Positions 46,259 to 56,558 of a stretch of DNA of 64,000 nt are shown piece by piece; within the stretch, counting starts at the first letter, position 1; each line of letters begins with the position of its first letter. A program made the translations under genes and the position numbers. Source of the stretch: a bacterium. Its GTDB lineage: Bacteria; Patescibacteriota; Patescibacteriia; Patescibacteriales; GWC2-42-12. The notes below the pieces were generated by a model. It did not search any database and was not told the DNA's origin. It saw only the letters and a program-made list of their open reading frames with translations. The DNA is taken from NCBI GenBank assembly GCA_043807825.1, contig JAZDFM010000034.1, positions 2,700 through 66,699 on the forward strand. Direction: 5' to 3'.

Positions 46259-47908
46259 CAAATTTACGCACGCTTTCACGAACTCCACGAACAGCGGATG
46301 CGGATCAAGCGGCCGCGAAATATATTCGGGATGGAATTGCGTGCCGATAAAAAAAGGATGATCGGCAATTTCCACGGCTTCCACTATTTTTCCATCAGGC
46401 GAAGTTCCGGCGATTTTAAGGCCGGCTTTTTCAAACTGATCCCTGTAAATATTATTAAATTCATAACGATGCCTGTGGCGCTCCGAGATCACGCTTTGCG
46501 CGCCAAATTTCTTTTTATACGCTTTGGCCAAACGCGTTCCGTGAACAATCTTGCACGGCCAGCCGCCCAAACGGATGGTGCCGCCATATTGCTTTTTGGC
46601 TATCAGCTCTTGCTGGCCAGGCATTATATGAATGACCGGATATTTTGTTTCAAGATCAACTTCATGGCTGTTGGCGCCCTTGAAACCGAGAACATCGCGC
46701 GCGAATTCAATCACGGCCATTTGCATGCCGTAGCATAAGCCGAAATACGGCACTTTATTTTCACGGCAATATTTTATTGTCTTTATCTTCCCTTCAGCTC
46801 CTCTTGAACCCCAGCCTTGGGGAACGATTACGCCATCTAATTTTTTTAAACTCGCAACGCCGTTTTTTTCAACTTCTTCCGTGTTTATCCAAACAAAATT
46901 CGGTTTGCATTTATTGACGCAACAAGCGTGCTTAACGGCTTCAATCACGCTGATGTAAGAATCCGAAAGGCAAAAATCTCCGGTAGCGAAATATTTGCCC
47001 ACAATGCCTATATTAACTTCATTCTTAACGCGCTTCATTGAATCCACGAAAGCGCGCCATTCTTTCAAATCTTTTTGCCTGGCTTTCATGCCGAGTTTTT
47101 CTAAAATTCTTTCTCCCAAATTGTCATTTTCAAAATTTATCGGCACCTCGTAAATTGAATCAATATCCGGCGCGCTGATCACATCATTTTCCTGTATATT
47201 GCAGAACACGGCCAATTTCTGCCTGCGCGGGCTGTCAATATTGAATCTGGAGCGGGCAATGATAAAATCCGGCTGAATTCCGGCTGAATTAAGCGCCCTG
47301 ACAGCGTGCTGAGTCGGCTTGGTTTTCATCTCCCCCACTTTATCCGGAATCGGCAGATAAGACACCATTACGAACAAAACATCCTTCGGATTGGCCAAAT
47401 GCATCATGCGCGCGGCTTCCAAAAACAGCAAATTTTCGTATTCTCCCACGGTTCCGCCTATTTCAATCACCACAATTTCCGCTTTGGCTTTTTCAGCGGC
47501 TTTCCTGATTCTTGATATCACTTCATTCGGTATGTCGGGAACGACTTGCACGCATTTTCCGCCGTATTCCAAATTTCTTTCTTTCATGATAACCGTTGAA
47601 TATACGCGTCCGGTAGTCATGTAATTTTCCCGATAAATATTCTTATTCAAAAATCTTTCGTAATTTCCTATATCTTGATCGGTTTCATCGCCGTCTTCAG
47701 TAACAAAAACTTCACCATGCTCAATCGGGTTCATTGTGCCGGCATCAACATTGACATAAGGATCAACTTTTATCGCGCTCACATTGAAGCCTTTTGACTG
47801 CAAAATTCTTCCGATGGACGCGCAAGTTATGCCTTTGCCAACGCCCGACATCACTCCGCCGACCACAAAAATGTATTTTACGGATTTGCTTTTTTTCACA
47901 TTAGGCAT
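46250..47908 (-). CDS. pyrG: CTP synthase
   Basis: KYIFVVGGVMSGVGKGITCASIGRIL N-terminus, and a C-terminal GATase domain (GLCYGMQ). Confidence 0.95.
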   Translation of the reverse strand: MPNVKKSKSVKYIFVVGGVMSGVGKGITCASIGRILQSKGFNVSAIKVDPYVNVDAGTMNPIEHGEVFVTEDGDETDQDIGNYERFLNKNIYRENYMTTGRVYSTVIMKERNLEYGGKCVQVVPDIPNEVISRIRKAAEKAKAEIVVIEIGGTVGEYENLLFLEAARMMHLANPKDVLFVMVSYLPIPDKVGEMKTKPTQHAVRALNSAGIQPDFIIARSRFNIDSPRRQKLAVFCNIQENDVISAPDIDSIYEVPINFENDNLGERILEKLGMKARQKDLKEWRAFVDSMKRVKNEVNIGIVGKYFATGDFCLSDSYISVIEAVKHACCVNKCKPNFVWINTEEVEKNGVASLKKLDGVIVPQGWGSRGAEGKIKTIKYCRENKVPYFGLCYGMQMAVIEFARDVLGFKGANSHEVDLETKYPVIHIMPGQQELIAKKQYGGTIRLGGWPCKIVHGTRLAKAYKKKFGAQSVISERHRHRYEFNNIYRDQFEKAGLKIAGTSPDGKIVEAVEIADHPFFIGTQFHPEYISRPLDPHPLFVEFVKACVNLKK

Positions 47909-47919
47909 ATTTAATATTA

Positions 47920-49206
47920 TTATTTCTTATTTAATATTTCCACTGCTTTATCCATCTGCGGATCAATGTTTTTATCATAATCCTCCTGCGAAAAATCAAC
48001 TTCAACATCCGGAGATATTCCTTGCTCGTTGATATTATATCCTTTGGGCGTAAGCCATTTCGCCACGGTTATTTTCACCGAAGAACCGTCTTTCATATCT
48101 TCCAAAGTTTGCACCGATCCTTTCCCGAAAGTTTTCATTCCCACGATAACAGCTTTTCCCGTATCCTTCAAGGCTCCGGAAACTATTTCCGATGCCGAAG
48201 CGCTTCCCTGGTTAACTAATACGACAGTTGGAAAATTTTTCAATCTGGCCCGGCCGCGATGCGAATATTCGTTCTTTTTTTCATCGCTGAATTGCTCTGT
48301 AACAATAAATCCAGTGTCAATCCATTCGCTGGCAACATCAATGGAAGTTTCCAAATATCCTCCTGGATTGTTTCTCAAGTCAAGAATAATGCCTTTAGGA
48401 TTTTTTTCAACCGCTTCTTGGGCGGCTTGCTTGAACAATTCGCTCGTATCGTCGTTGAAATTGGTTATTGTTATCACAAATATTTTATCATCGCGCATTT
48501 TTGTCTTGACGCTTTTGATAAAAATCGTCTGCCTGATTATTTTAAAATCTTTGGTTTTTTCAAAGCCTTTCCTGAAAATCGTCAAAACGACTTCCGTTCC
48601 TTTGGCGCCGCGTATTTTATTCACGGCTTCTTCAATCGTAAAACCCGCGGTTGATTGCCCGTTCACGGCGTAAATTTTGTCTCCTGCCTGCAATCCGGCT
48701 TTTTCAGCCGGCATGCCGGCCAAAGGAGCCACAATGGTTATAATTTCGTCTTTCTTTCCTATTTCCGCGCCGATGCCTTCAAAAGTTCCGGCCAAATCAT
48801 CGGAAAATTCTTTGGCGATTTTAGGCTCCATGAAAATAGTGTACGGATCGCCGATTGATTCAACCAAGCCTTTAACTGCCCCATAAAACATTTTTTTATC
48901 GTCTAATTTGCTTTTATCAACATATTTGTCTTTAATTTGATCCCAAACATCCCAAAATAGATTAAAATCAACATCCCGCGTCAATTTATTGGCCGGCGCG
49001 GTGACATATTTGTTATAAACTTCTCCGGCGTAAGCCGCTTCCTTAATGCTGGCCGATTTGATAAATTCATTTTTTTGCGCGAAAATCATACCGGCTCCGA
49101 AAGCGGCTGACAGCAAAAACAGGCTTAATAAAATAATTCCGCCGATTTTCAAACGCTTCGGCTTTTTCGCTTTAAGCGCTTCAATCGGCGATTCAATGTT
49201 ATTCAT
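47920..49206 (-). CDS. ctpA: Carboxyl-terminal processing protease (S41 family) with PDZ domain
   Basis: N-terminal TM, a PDZ domain (GMPAEKAGLQAGDKIYAVNG), and an S41 catalytic core (IILDLRNNPGGYL, GSASASEI). Confidence 0.9.
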   Translation of the reverse strand: MNNIESPIEALKAKKPKRLKIGGIILLSLFLLSAAFGAGMIFAQKNEFIKSASIKEAAYAGEVYNKYVTAPANKLTRDVDFNLFWDVWDQIKDKYVDKSKLDDKKMFYGAVKGLVESIGDPYTIFMEPKIAKEFSDDLAGTFEGIGAEIGKKDEIITIVAPLAGMPAEKAGLQAGDKIYAVNGQSTAGFTIEEAVNKIRGAKGTEVVLTIFRKGFEKTKDFKIIRQTIFIKSVKTKMRDDKIFVITITNFNDDTSELFKQAAQEAVEKNPKGIILDLRNNPGGYLETSIDVASEWIDTGFIVTEQFSDEKKNEYSHRGRARLKNFPTVVLVNQGSASASEIVSGALKDTGKAVIVGMKTFGKGSVQTLEDMKDGSSVKITVAKWLTPKGYNINEQGISPDVEVDFSQEDYDKNIDPQMDKAVEILNKK

Positions 49207-49264
49207 AACTCTTTCATAATATCACAATTTTATTTATTTTGACAAATCGCGCGCCGGCATGCGC

Positions 49265-49293
49265 TTGCTTTTTCCGGCAATTTCTGTTATATT
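49265..49293 (+). promoter_or_regulatory. Candidate promoter TTGCTT-N17-TATATT; would give a near-leaderless transcript for the sugar transferase gene
   Basis: The -10 element ends 6 nt before the ATG at 49300. Confidence 0.3.
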
Positions 49294-49299
49294 AGCCGC

Positions 49300-50649
49300 A
49301 TGAACAATAAATTCAAAAAACTGATTTTACTCGGAGGCGATATAGCAATTCTTTATCTTTCGCTTTATTTGGCTTTAAAAATCAGATACGGCGGCGAATA
49401 CGGTTATGCCGCGTGGTCAACGCATTTTTGGCCATTCACGGCCATTTTTATGATATGGCTGATAATTTTTTATATCGGCAATCTTTATAACTTAAACCTG
49501 GCTGTAAATAATCTAAAGTTCTTCCATTCAAGCGGGCGGGCAATCGCTGTTTCAAGCTTGGCTTCTCTCGCTTTCTTTTATTTAACTCCCGGAATCGGAA
49601 TCGCCCCAAAAACCAATTTATTGATTTATATAATTATTTTCGCGATTATTTTCTTGCTTTGGCGGCATTTTTACAACTGGTCGCTGAAATCGTACTTGCC
49701 GAAAAAATATATCGGCATAGTGGGATATAACAATTTAGTGGAAGAAATTATCAATGAATTTAAGCAAAAACCCCATCTCGGATACAGAATAAAATTTATT
49801 GTCGGCGACAATCCGCAAAATCAAATTTCCGGAATCAAGCCAATATCAGATCTTGAACATCTTATCGCAAATAACAAATTGGACGAAATAATTTTATCAT
49901 ACGGCCCTCAACAGTCGGAAAATCTAAGAACCGCTTTATTCAACAGCCTGCCTTATAAAATAAACTATTTGAGCCTGCCTGATTTTTATGAAACAATCAC
50001 CGGGAAAATATCTCTTGATTCGGTCAATCAAATGTGGTTTTTGGAAAATTTGAGAGAAAATAATAAAATCCGGTTTGACCGCGTAAAAATAATTTATGAC
50101 TTCATTTTGGCGCTGACTATTTTTATCATCACTTCTCCGTTTTGGCTCGCGATAGCTTTAATAATTAAAATTGAAAGCCGCGGACCGATATTTTTCATCA
50201 TGGAAAGAATCGGCAAAAACAATAGAACATTCAAGCTGATAAAATTCAGAACTATGAAAGAACAAGGCAACGACCGCTCGCCCACCAAAACCGGCGACTT
50301 AAGAATCACAAAATTCGGCAAATTCTTGAGAAAAACGCGAATAGACGAACTTCCTCAAACAATAAATATTTTAAAAGGCGAAATGAGCTTTGTCGGTCCC
50401 CGCCCCGAACGGCCGGATTTGGCCGCCGGCCTTGAAAAACAAATACCTTTTTACGGCCAAAGAACTTTAATCAAGCCGGGAATCACAGGATCCGATCAAG
50501 TTTCGGGAGAATATCATTCTCCGTCGCGAGAAGACAGCCTGAAAAAATTGCAATACGATTTATTTTACATAAAAAACAGATCGTTTTATCTGGATATTTC
50601 CATAATTCTGAAAACCGTGGCGACAGTGATTTCAAGGAGCGGAATATAA
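49300..50649 (+). CDS. Undecaprenyl-phosphate sugar phosphotransferase (bacterial sugar transferase family, WbaP/WcaJ-like priming enzyme)
   Basis: N-terminal 4-5 TM, and a C-terminal catalytic domain with KFRTM and ELPQ..N.LKGEMSFVGPRP. Confidence 0.85.
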   Translation: MNNKFKKLILLGGDIAILYLSLYLALKIRYGGEYGYAAWSTHFWPFTAIFMIWLIIFYIGNLYNLNLAVNNLKFFHSSGRAIAVSSLASLAFFYLTPGIGIAPKTNLLIYIIIFAIIFLLWRHFYNWSLKSYLPKKYIGIVGYNNLVEEIINEFKQKPHLGYRIKFIVGDNPQNQISGIKPISDLEHLIANNKLDEIILSYGPQQSENLRTALFNSLPYKINYLSLPDFYETITGKISLDSVNQMWFLENLRENNKIRFDRVKIIYDFILALTIFIITSPFWLAIALIIKIESRGPIFFIMERIGKNNRTFKLIKFRTMKEQGNDRSPTKTGDLRITKFGKFLRKTRIDELPQTINILKGEMSFVGPRPERPDLAAGLEKQIPFYGQRTLIKPGITGSDQVSGEYHSPSREDSLKKLQYDLFYIKNRSFYLDISIILKTVATVISRSGI

Positions 50650-50709
50650 TGTTTCTATAAATTATGAGGCTCTGAAATATGTTCTGTACTGTCATTCCCG
50701 CCCATCTCT

Positions 50710-50782
50710 TGTCATTCCCGCGAAGGCGGGAATCCAGGAGTTAAACGCAGAATCTGGATTCCCGCCTTCGCGGGAATGACAA
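50710..50782 (+). repeat. Type-B palindromic repeat (tgtcattcccgcgaaggcgggaatccagg...cctggattcccgccttcgcgggaatgaca), plus an upstream 14-bp partial copy at 50690-50703
   Basis: Perfect hairpin arms. A partial 'tgtcattcccgccc' lies directly upstream. Confidence 0.85.
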
Positions 50783-50824
50783 AAATCAAAATGACAAAAA
50801 ATAATATGTTCGGTAATTCAAAAC

Positions 50825-52075
50825 ATGTTTATAAGCATAAAAAATAAAATTTACAGAACTTTGCGTTGGTCGGAAAAATACGCCAAAACCGATATGGTTT
50901 ATTTAGCTCGCGGCGGGATATGGATGTCGTTAGGGCAAATAATATCATCGGCCGCGGCTTTTTTATTATCATTGGCTTTCGCCAATTTGTTGCCCAAAGA
51001 AACTTACGGCTTTTATAAATACATCATGTCGCTGGCAAGTTTATTGGCGATTTCAACTTTGCCAGGAATGGCGACGGCGGTTTCCAGAGCGGCAGCCATA
51101 GGGCAGGAAGGCGCTTTGATTCCGGCGGTAAAAACCAAAATAAAATGGGGATTGCTGGGGTCTTTATCAAGTTTAATTTTAGCTTTGTATTATTTTTTGC
51201 AAGCAAATAACGCTTTAACAATAAGTTTTTTGATTGTATCAATTTTTCTGCCTTTAATGGATTCGTTCGGATTATACAGCCCATATTTAAGCGGAAAAAA
51301 AATGTTCGGCTTAAACGCCAAGCTCGGGGCCGCCGGCCAAGTCTTGACAATCGCTCTGATGATTATCGTCATCTGGCTGTCTAAAAATCTATATCTGCTG
51401 ATTCTCGCGTATTTCGCGTCCAACACTTTTTTTAATTTTCTGACGCTGAAATATATTTTGAACAAACGCAAACCAAACGCGAACATTGACGCAAAAACCA
51501 TTTCTTACGGAAAAAAATTAAGCTTCATGAATGTTTTAACATCCATTTCCGGCAGTTTGGATAAAATCATGCTTTGGCATTATTTAGGCGCGGCTTCCGT
51601 AGCCGTCTATTCTTTGGCTCAAGCTCCCATAAATCAAGCTTCCAGTTTTTTTAAAACCATTTTATCTTTGGCTTTTCCCAAAATGGCCGCGGCCGACGAT
51701 GAGGACATAAAAAAAACTTTGCCGGGCAAAATGGCGAAGTTTTTTGTTTTAATGCTTGCTTGCGTGATAATTTACATAATCGCGGCTCCGTTTTTATTTA
51801 AAATTTTATTCCCGAAATATGTAGAGGCTGTAAATTATTCAAGAATATTCTCGCTCACTTTATTATTTTTCCCGCAAAAATTGATCGGCACGGCGCTGGA
51901 AGCCAAAGCGCAAACCAAATCTCTTTATTTTATTTCCATTTCCAATTCCATAGTCAGAATAATTTTATTGGCCGTCCTTCTTCCGCTATACGGAATTTAC
52001 GGCGCGATTTGGGCGATTGTCCTGCCTTATTTCTGGAATACCCTTACGCAGATGTATTTTTTAAAAAGACTTTAA
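50825..52075 (+). CDS. Oligosaccharide flippase (Wzx-like, MOP superfamily)
   Basis: 416 aa with about 12 TM segments. Located in the polysaccharide locus. Confidence 0.7.
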   Translation: MFISIKNKIYRTLRWSEKYAKTDMVYLARGGIWMSLGQIISSAAAFLLSLAFANLLPKETYGFYKYIMSLASLLAISTLPGMATAVSRAAAIGQEGALIPAVKTKIKWGLLGSLSSLILALYYFLQANNALTISFLIVSIFLPLMDSFGLYSPYLSGKKMFGLNAKLGAAGQVLTIALMIIVIWLSKNLYLLILAYFASNTFFNFLTLKYILNKRKPNANIDAKTISYGKKLSFMNVLTSISGSLDKIMLWHYLGAASVAVYSLAQAPINQASSFFKTILSLAFPKMAAADDEDIKKTLPGKMAKFFVLMLACVIIYIIAAPFLFKILFPKYVEAVNYSRIFSLTLLFFPQKLIGTALEAKAQTKSLYFISISNSIVRIILLAVLLPLYGIYGAIWAIVLPYFWNTLTQMYFLKRL

Positions 52076-53341
52076 ATAAGCTTGCCTTGTTTTTTCAGCT
52101 TGCTTCTCTATCGTGAATTCCCGTTTTACCCTATCATAGCCGGCTTGGCCGAATTTTTTCGCTTTAGCCGGATTTTCCAGCAGATCAATTATCTTTTCAG
52201 CCATCAATTCAACATTCAGCGGATTGACAATATAACCGGTCTCGCCGTCAATCACGGCTTCCGGCGTGCCGCCGAAGCATGTCCCGACAACTGGCTTGCC
52301 GGCGGCCATGGCTTCAAGATTGACTCTGGGGAAAGGATCAAGGTAAACCGAAGGAACAACAACCACATCGCCGGCTTTATATGCCAGCTTGATTTCATGC
52401 TCGTCAAGCCATCCCAATCGGCAAATTGAACCGTTAAGGCCGTAATTCTCAACGCTCGGCCGAATACTCCTATAATTTTCATGTTTCATGGCCAACATCA
52501 AGGCGAACGGCGATTTCAACTTCAATTTGATTATCGCCAAAGCGCGAAGCATATAATCAATTCCTTTTGACCCGTTCAATCTGCCGACGCAGAAAATTAT
52601 TTTTTTTCCGGTTAAGCCGTATTTTTCCCTGAATTCATCGGCATCGGCGCCACTTATTTTATCATAATCCTCGGTTCTTACTCCATTGTAAATTGTCTGA
52701 ACATTGGCGATGCCGTTTTCTTTCAAAGCTTTGCCGAGCTCGTCGCTTACCGCGAAAACTTTATCGCAATATTTGTTCAAATAACGCCTGATCAAATAAT
52801 TCTTGCCCGGCAAATAAGATTTTTTGGCATGTTTTATTAAATCAAGCCATCTGATTTTATAATTAAAATTTTTTTGCAATCCAAGATTATGATAATCAAT
52901 ATACTGCCAATATTTGCCGTAAAAAATTGACATGGAGTCGCGCGCGGTGAAAAAAACCGCCGGAACATATTTCTTGGCCAGCCTTAAAACCGCGAACGAA
53001 ATCTCATTATGGATATTATGGGCGTGAACAACATCAGGCTTGATATCTTCCAATTTCCGCTTCACGACCGACAGCGCGCGCGCGTTGCGGATAGAATAAA
53101 AATTTTTGAATTTACGATTGAAACTGTTATGGATATAAAATATCTCCGTGCCGCCGCGCGTTATTTTTGACAAGTGCTTGTCTTTATTTTTCGTTCCGCT
53201 GATAATAAAAACATCATCGCCCGTTTTTTTTAATCCTTCGGCCAGCAAAAAAGTTGAAAAACCGGCTCCGCCTTCGCAATCAGGCGGTATTTCATCTGTT
53301 AAAAAAACTATTTTCATGATTTTTTTATAACTAAAGGCCAA
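52061..53341 (-). CDS. Glycosyltransferase family 4 (GT-B, Glycos_transf_1)
   Basis: N-terminal GGAGFSTFLLAEGL and a C-terminal E..EA...G.P.V.T..GG motif. Confidence 0.85.
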   Translation of the reverse strand: MAFSYKKIMKIVFLTDEIPPDCEGGAGFSTFLLAEGLKKTGDDVFIISGTKNKDKHLSKITRGGTEIFYIHNSFNRKFKNFYSIRNARALSVVKRKLEDIKPDVVHAHNIHNEISFAVLRLAKKYVPAVFFTARDSMSIFYGKYWQYIDYHNLGLQKNFNYKIRWLDLIKHAKKSYLPGKNYLIRRYLNKYCDKVFAVSDELGKALKENGIANVQTIYNGVRTEDYDKISGADADEFREKYGLTGKKIIFCVGRLNGSKGIDYMLRALAIIKLKLKSPFALMLAMKHENYRSIRPSVENYGLNGSICRLGWLDEHEIKLAYKAGDVVVVPSVYLDPFPRVNLEAMAAGKPVVGTCFGGTPEAVIDGETGYIVNPLNVELMAEKIIDLLENPAKAKKFGQAGYDRVKREFTIEKQAEKTRQAYLKSF

Positions 53342-53949
53342 TTGATGGCGAACTTTTGATTAGCATGGCCGTTATCAAACCCGTCAAGCCAAACCATCAG
53401 CCGGCCGTAAAATTTTGAAATAAAATCCAAAACGCCGATCAGCGCTGGCGAATTCGCAAAACGAATCCAAAAATATTTTATTTTAATTTGCGCTGCCAGC
53501 GAAAAAAAGCCGCCGATCCTATCCAAATTCAAAATCGTAAAACCTGTTCGGCGGGCCAATTCGCTTAAGCCATAATTTGTGAATCTGAAATAATCAATAG
53601 GCTCTTCGTGCAACTCATTAAAAAACGGTGCGGTAATAATACCGATTCCTCCCAACTTTAATACTCGGCGCATTTCTTTCATCGCCAACTCCGGATCTGC
53701 CAAATGCTCTAAAACTTGAGTGCATATTATTGTGTCAAAAGAATTGTCTTCCGCAGGCAACTCATAAATTGAACCGACAATATCCGGTTTATGCTCCGCG
53801 TTCAAATCCAATGTAATGTATTTATTATATTGATTATATAAATAGCGATAATCTTTTCCTCCGGAGCCGATATCCAATACTTGTCCTGAAACCAAATAGT
53901 TTAAAGCTTTTAATTTTTTATGCATTAAATAAGTCGCGGGCTTGAACAT
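53314..53949 (-). CDS. Class I SAM-dependent methyltransferase
   Basis: Motif I VLDIGSGG, with the post-I acidic residue (LD). Confidence 0.8.
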   Translation of the reverse strand: MFKPATYLMHKKLKALNYLVSGQVLDIGSGGKDYRYLYNQYNKYITLDLNAEHKPDIVGSIYELPAEDNSFDTIICTQVLEHLADPELAMKEMRRVLKLGGIGIITAPFFNELHEEPIDYFRFTNYGLSELARRTGFTILNLDRIGGFFSLAAQIKIKYFWIRFANSPALIGVLDFISKFYGRLMVWLDGFDNGHANQKFAINWPLVIKKS

Positions 53950-53950
53950 A

Positions 53951-55624
53951 TTATTTTACCAAATTCATAAATAAAGATTTGGCCGGAGACATTTCAACTT
54001 CCGCCGGAGCAATATCGCCATCAGCCAAATTTTGAACGCCTGTTTGTTTAATTATTTCAGCTGTAAGCTCGGGAGAAAACGCCGCGATTTTAGTCACTCC
54101 GAATTCTTCAAAAGCGAACTTCAGCTTATTTTCCGAAATCAATTTTTCCACGGTCGGTTGGCTGAATTTGACGAAAGACTTTCCGGCAAGATAGCTGATA
54201 GCGTAAATTTCATTGTTATTGAAAGGCGCGGCTATGACATCGTTAACATTCAAATCAAATTTGCCGATTTCATCTTGATAAGCTTTTAATTTCAGATATG
54301 AAGAATCATTATAAATCCGGCTCAGCGTAACATGAGAGCTTAAAACCAAATGATAAGCCACCATGGCGGTTATCAGAATAAGCGCCATGTTTTTATTTTT
54401 AAAATTTAAAATTTCCGACAAACTGTAAATTCCTATGGCGGCGCAGAGCGCGAAAACAAATCCGAAATCCATAACATGATTTCTTTGAGCCAAAGCGAAA
54501 AAAGAGCAAAAAATAAAAATAAAAAATATCCAGCCCAATATTAAATAAGCCAACTCCGGCTTGCCTTGCCTGAAAAGGCTTATCAAACCCATACAAAAAA
54601 ACAAAAATATCAGCGGCCCGCCGGTATTTTCAAGCGAAACAAGGCTGGATACATGTTTGGCCATAAGGAGCGGAGCCAGCCGCAAATGCTGCCACAAAGA
54701 AATCCTGCTTGATTCAACATTGGAAATTCGCTTGGCCAAGCCTTGCGCGTCAATTCCGGATTGTCCGGCTTCAATCTTTTTTTGCGCCAAATAAGATTCT
54801 TTTTCGTAATGATAAGTATATGGATCAGGATAAAGATGCCCGTAAAAGCTAAAATCCTTGCCTTGCGCGCCTTGCTCGGCGGATCTGAAAAAAACCAGAT
54901 GATAATTGCTTGTTTTTCCAAAATTAAATTGAAAAAAAACATTAAAACAAACAATTGCCAAAATCATTGAAATAAACAATGGCAAAATAGCTTTTCTTTT
55001 ATAAAGCAACATCCAAAAAAATAAAACCGGAGCCAGCAAAGCGACAGCGTCGCGGCTTAAAAAACTTAAAGCTAAAAATATTCCGGACAGGCAATACCTG
55101 AAAATATCATATTTATTATTCCAGCCGCAAAAAAATAAAAACAAGCCCATGCTTAAAAATAATAAGCTGAATTCATAAAATCCTGGTTGTAAAGCCGTTT
55201 CCCAAACAACAGGCAAAAAAACATAAACAGCCGCGAAAATTACAGCCATTTTGTAATCAAATAAATTCCAGACGGTCAGAAAGAAAAAAAACAAAGACAA
55301 AGCGAAAATCCATGCCGCAAGCAAAACCGTCAAATCAAAATCCGGCAATCCAAAAATTTTATACAAAGCCGCGCTTGCCAAAGCTATTCCCTTATCGCCT
55401 GTTGAAGAAACCGCTCCATCGGCCTTGATTCTGCCGGAATTCAAAATAATATTTTTTTCGCTTTCCTGGCTGAATTTTCCGGTTATTGCCAAACTTCTGG
55501 CGATTCCATGATTCGGCCCGGGAATAGCCGGCGGATAACCTTTAAATAAAACCGGCGAATACCAAACAAAAGCGGATAAAAATAAAACCGCGGCTGAAAT
55601 AATAATTTTTAAATAAGTTTTCAT
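53951..55624 (-). CDS. Large polytopic membrane protein (about 12 TM segments; possible GT-C-type glycosyltransferase or polymerase)
   Basis: 557 aa. N-terminal signal-anchor, an extracytoplasmic loop, many TM segments, and a C-terminal soluble domain. Confidence 0.35.
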   Translation of the reverse strand: MKTYLKIIISAAVLFLSAFVWYSPVLFKGYPPAIPGPNHGIARSLAITGKFSQESEKNIILNSGRIKADGAVSSTGDKGIALASAALYKIFGLPDFDLTVLLAAWIFALSLFFFFLTVWNLFDYKMAVIFAAVYVFLPVVWETALQPGFYEFSLLFLSMGLFLFFCGWNNKYDIFRYCLSGIFLALSFLSRDAVALLAPVLFFWMLLYKRKAILPLFISMILAIVCFNVFFQFNFGKTSNYHLVFFRSAEQGAQGKDFSFYGHLYPDPYTYHYEKESYLAQKKIEAGQSGIDAQGLAKRISNVESSRISLWQHLRLAPLLMAKHVSSLVSLENTGGPLIFLFFCMGLISLFRQGKPELAYLILGWIFFIFIFCSFFALAQRNHVMDFGFVFALCAAIGIYSLSEILNFKNKNMALILITAMVAYHLVLSSHVTLSRIYNDSSYLKLKAYQDEIGKFDLNVNDVIAAPFNNNEIYAISYLAGKSFVKFSQPTVEKLISENKLKFAFEEFGVTKIAAFSPELTAEIIKQTGVQNLADGDIAPAEVEMSPAKSLFMNLVK

Positions 55625-55695
55625 AAAAAAAGCGTTAAATAATTTATTTTGTCATTTACTTTTTTATTTTTCAGACTGCCCAAAAAGTCCTTTTT

Positions 55696-55817
55696 TGTCA
55701 TTGCGAGCTTCTGCAAGAAGCGAAGCAATCTCAGGTTCACAAGCATATTGATTATTTAACCTGAGATTGCTTCGTCGCCGCTTCCGCCTGTCGGCGTCGC
55801 CTCTCCTCGCAATGACA
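55696..55817 (+). repeat. Full-length type-A palindromic repeat
   Basis: tgtcattgcgagcttctgcaagaagcgaagcaatctcagg ... cctgagattgcttcgtcgccgcttccgcctgtcggcgtcgcctctcctcgcaatgaca. Flanked by an additional IR, ttcagactgcc / ggacagtctgaa. Confidence 0.85.
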
Positions 55818-55853
55818 GTTCTCGGACAGTCTGAAAGTAGAGAAAAATTTAAT

Positions 55854-56558
55854 TCAGATAACCTCTTTGCGACACTTAACAGCCGTGTAGATATTTATTC
55901 CTAAAATATTTATTTTTTTAATTTCAACTATTTTAAACTCTTGATCTATAATATTCATCAACTTTTTCCGGCTGTTGATATGGCTTTTAAGAGCCGGCGA
56001 TTTTTTGAGCCAGAAAAAAAATTTCATAAAAATATTATCCGACGGTATGCCGATTACTATATCGCCTCCGGTTTTCACAACTCTTTTTATTTCGGACAAA
56101 GCTTTGGGTAAATTATCCAAATGCTCTAAAACGCTCAAGCAAACAACGCAGTCAAAATAAGAGTCGTCAAAAGCGATATCGTAAATGCTTCCGTCTGAAA
56201 AATTTCCTTTGAAAAAACCGGAAATAATTTTTTCTTGGCCGTGGACATCAATGCCGTAATATTCGTCCGCCAGCTCCGACAAAGTTAACGCTAAAGCGCC
56301 ATTGCCGTATCCGATTTCCAATAATCGCTCATATTTATTATCGCCAAGCAAATCAACCGCGGCCTGCAGACGCGCCCAATATATTTTTTTTATAAAATAA
56401 TTTTTTGAATAATATCTTTCGGGCCCGCTGTCGTCAGGTCCTGTTTTTATTATTTTTTCTTTTGGAGGCAAAATTATTTTCATAAAATCAATCATCATCG
56501 CCGGAAATGAAACCGAAAACTTGCGTTCCGGCCAAAGCGATTCTCTTAAATTCATCAA
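55854..56558 (-). CDS. Class I SAM-dependent methyltransferase
   Basis: Motif I LEIGYGNGALAL. The true start is probably internal (MMIDF or MKIIL), which would reduce the overlap with the upstream gene. Confidence 0.75.
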   Translation of the reverse strand: MMNLRESLWPERKFSVSFPAMMIDFMKIILPPKEKIIKTGPDDSGPERYYSKNYFIKKIYWARLQAAVDLLGDNKYERLLEIGYGNGALALTLSELADEYYGIDVHGQEKIISGFFKGNFSDGSIYDIAFDDSYFDCVVCLSVLEHLDNLPKALSEIKRVVKTGGDIVIGIPSDNIFMKFFFWLKKSPALKSHINSRKKLMNIIDQEFKIVEIKKINILGINIYTAVKCRKEVI

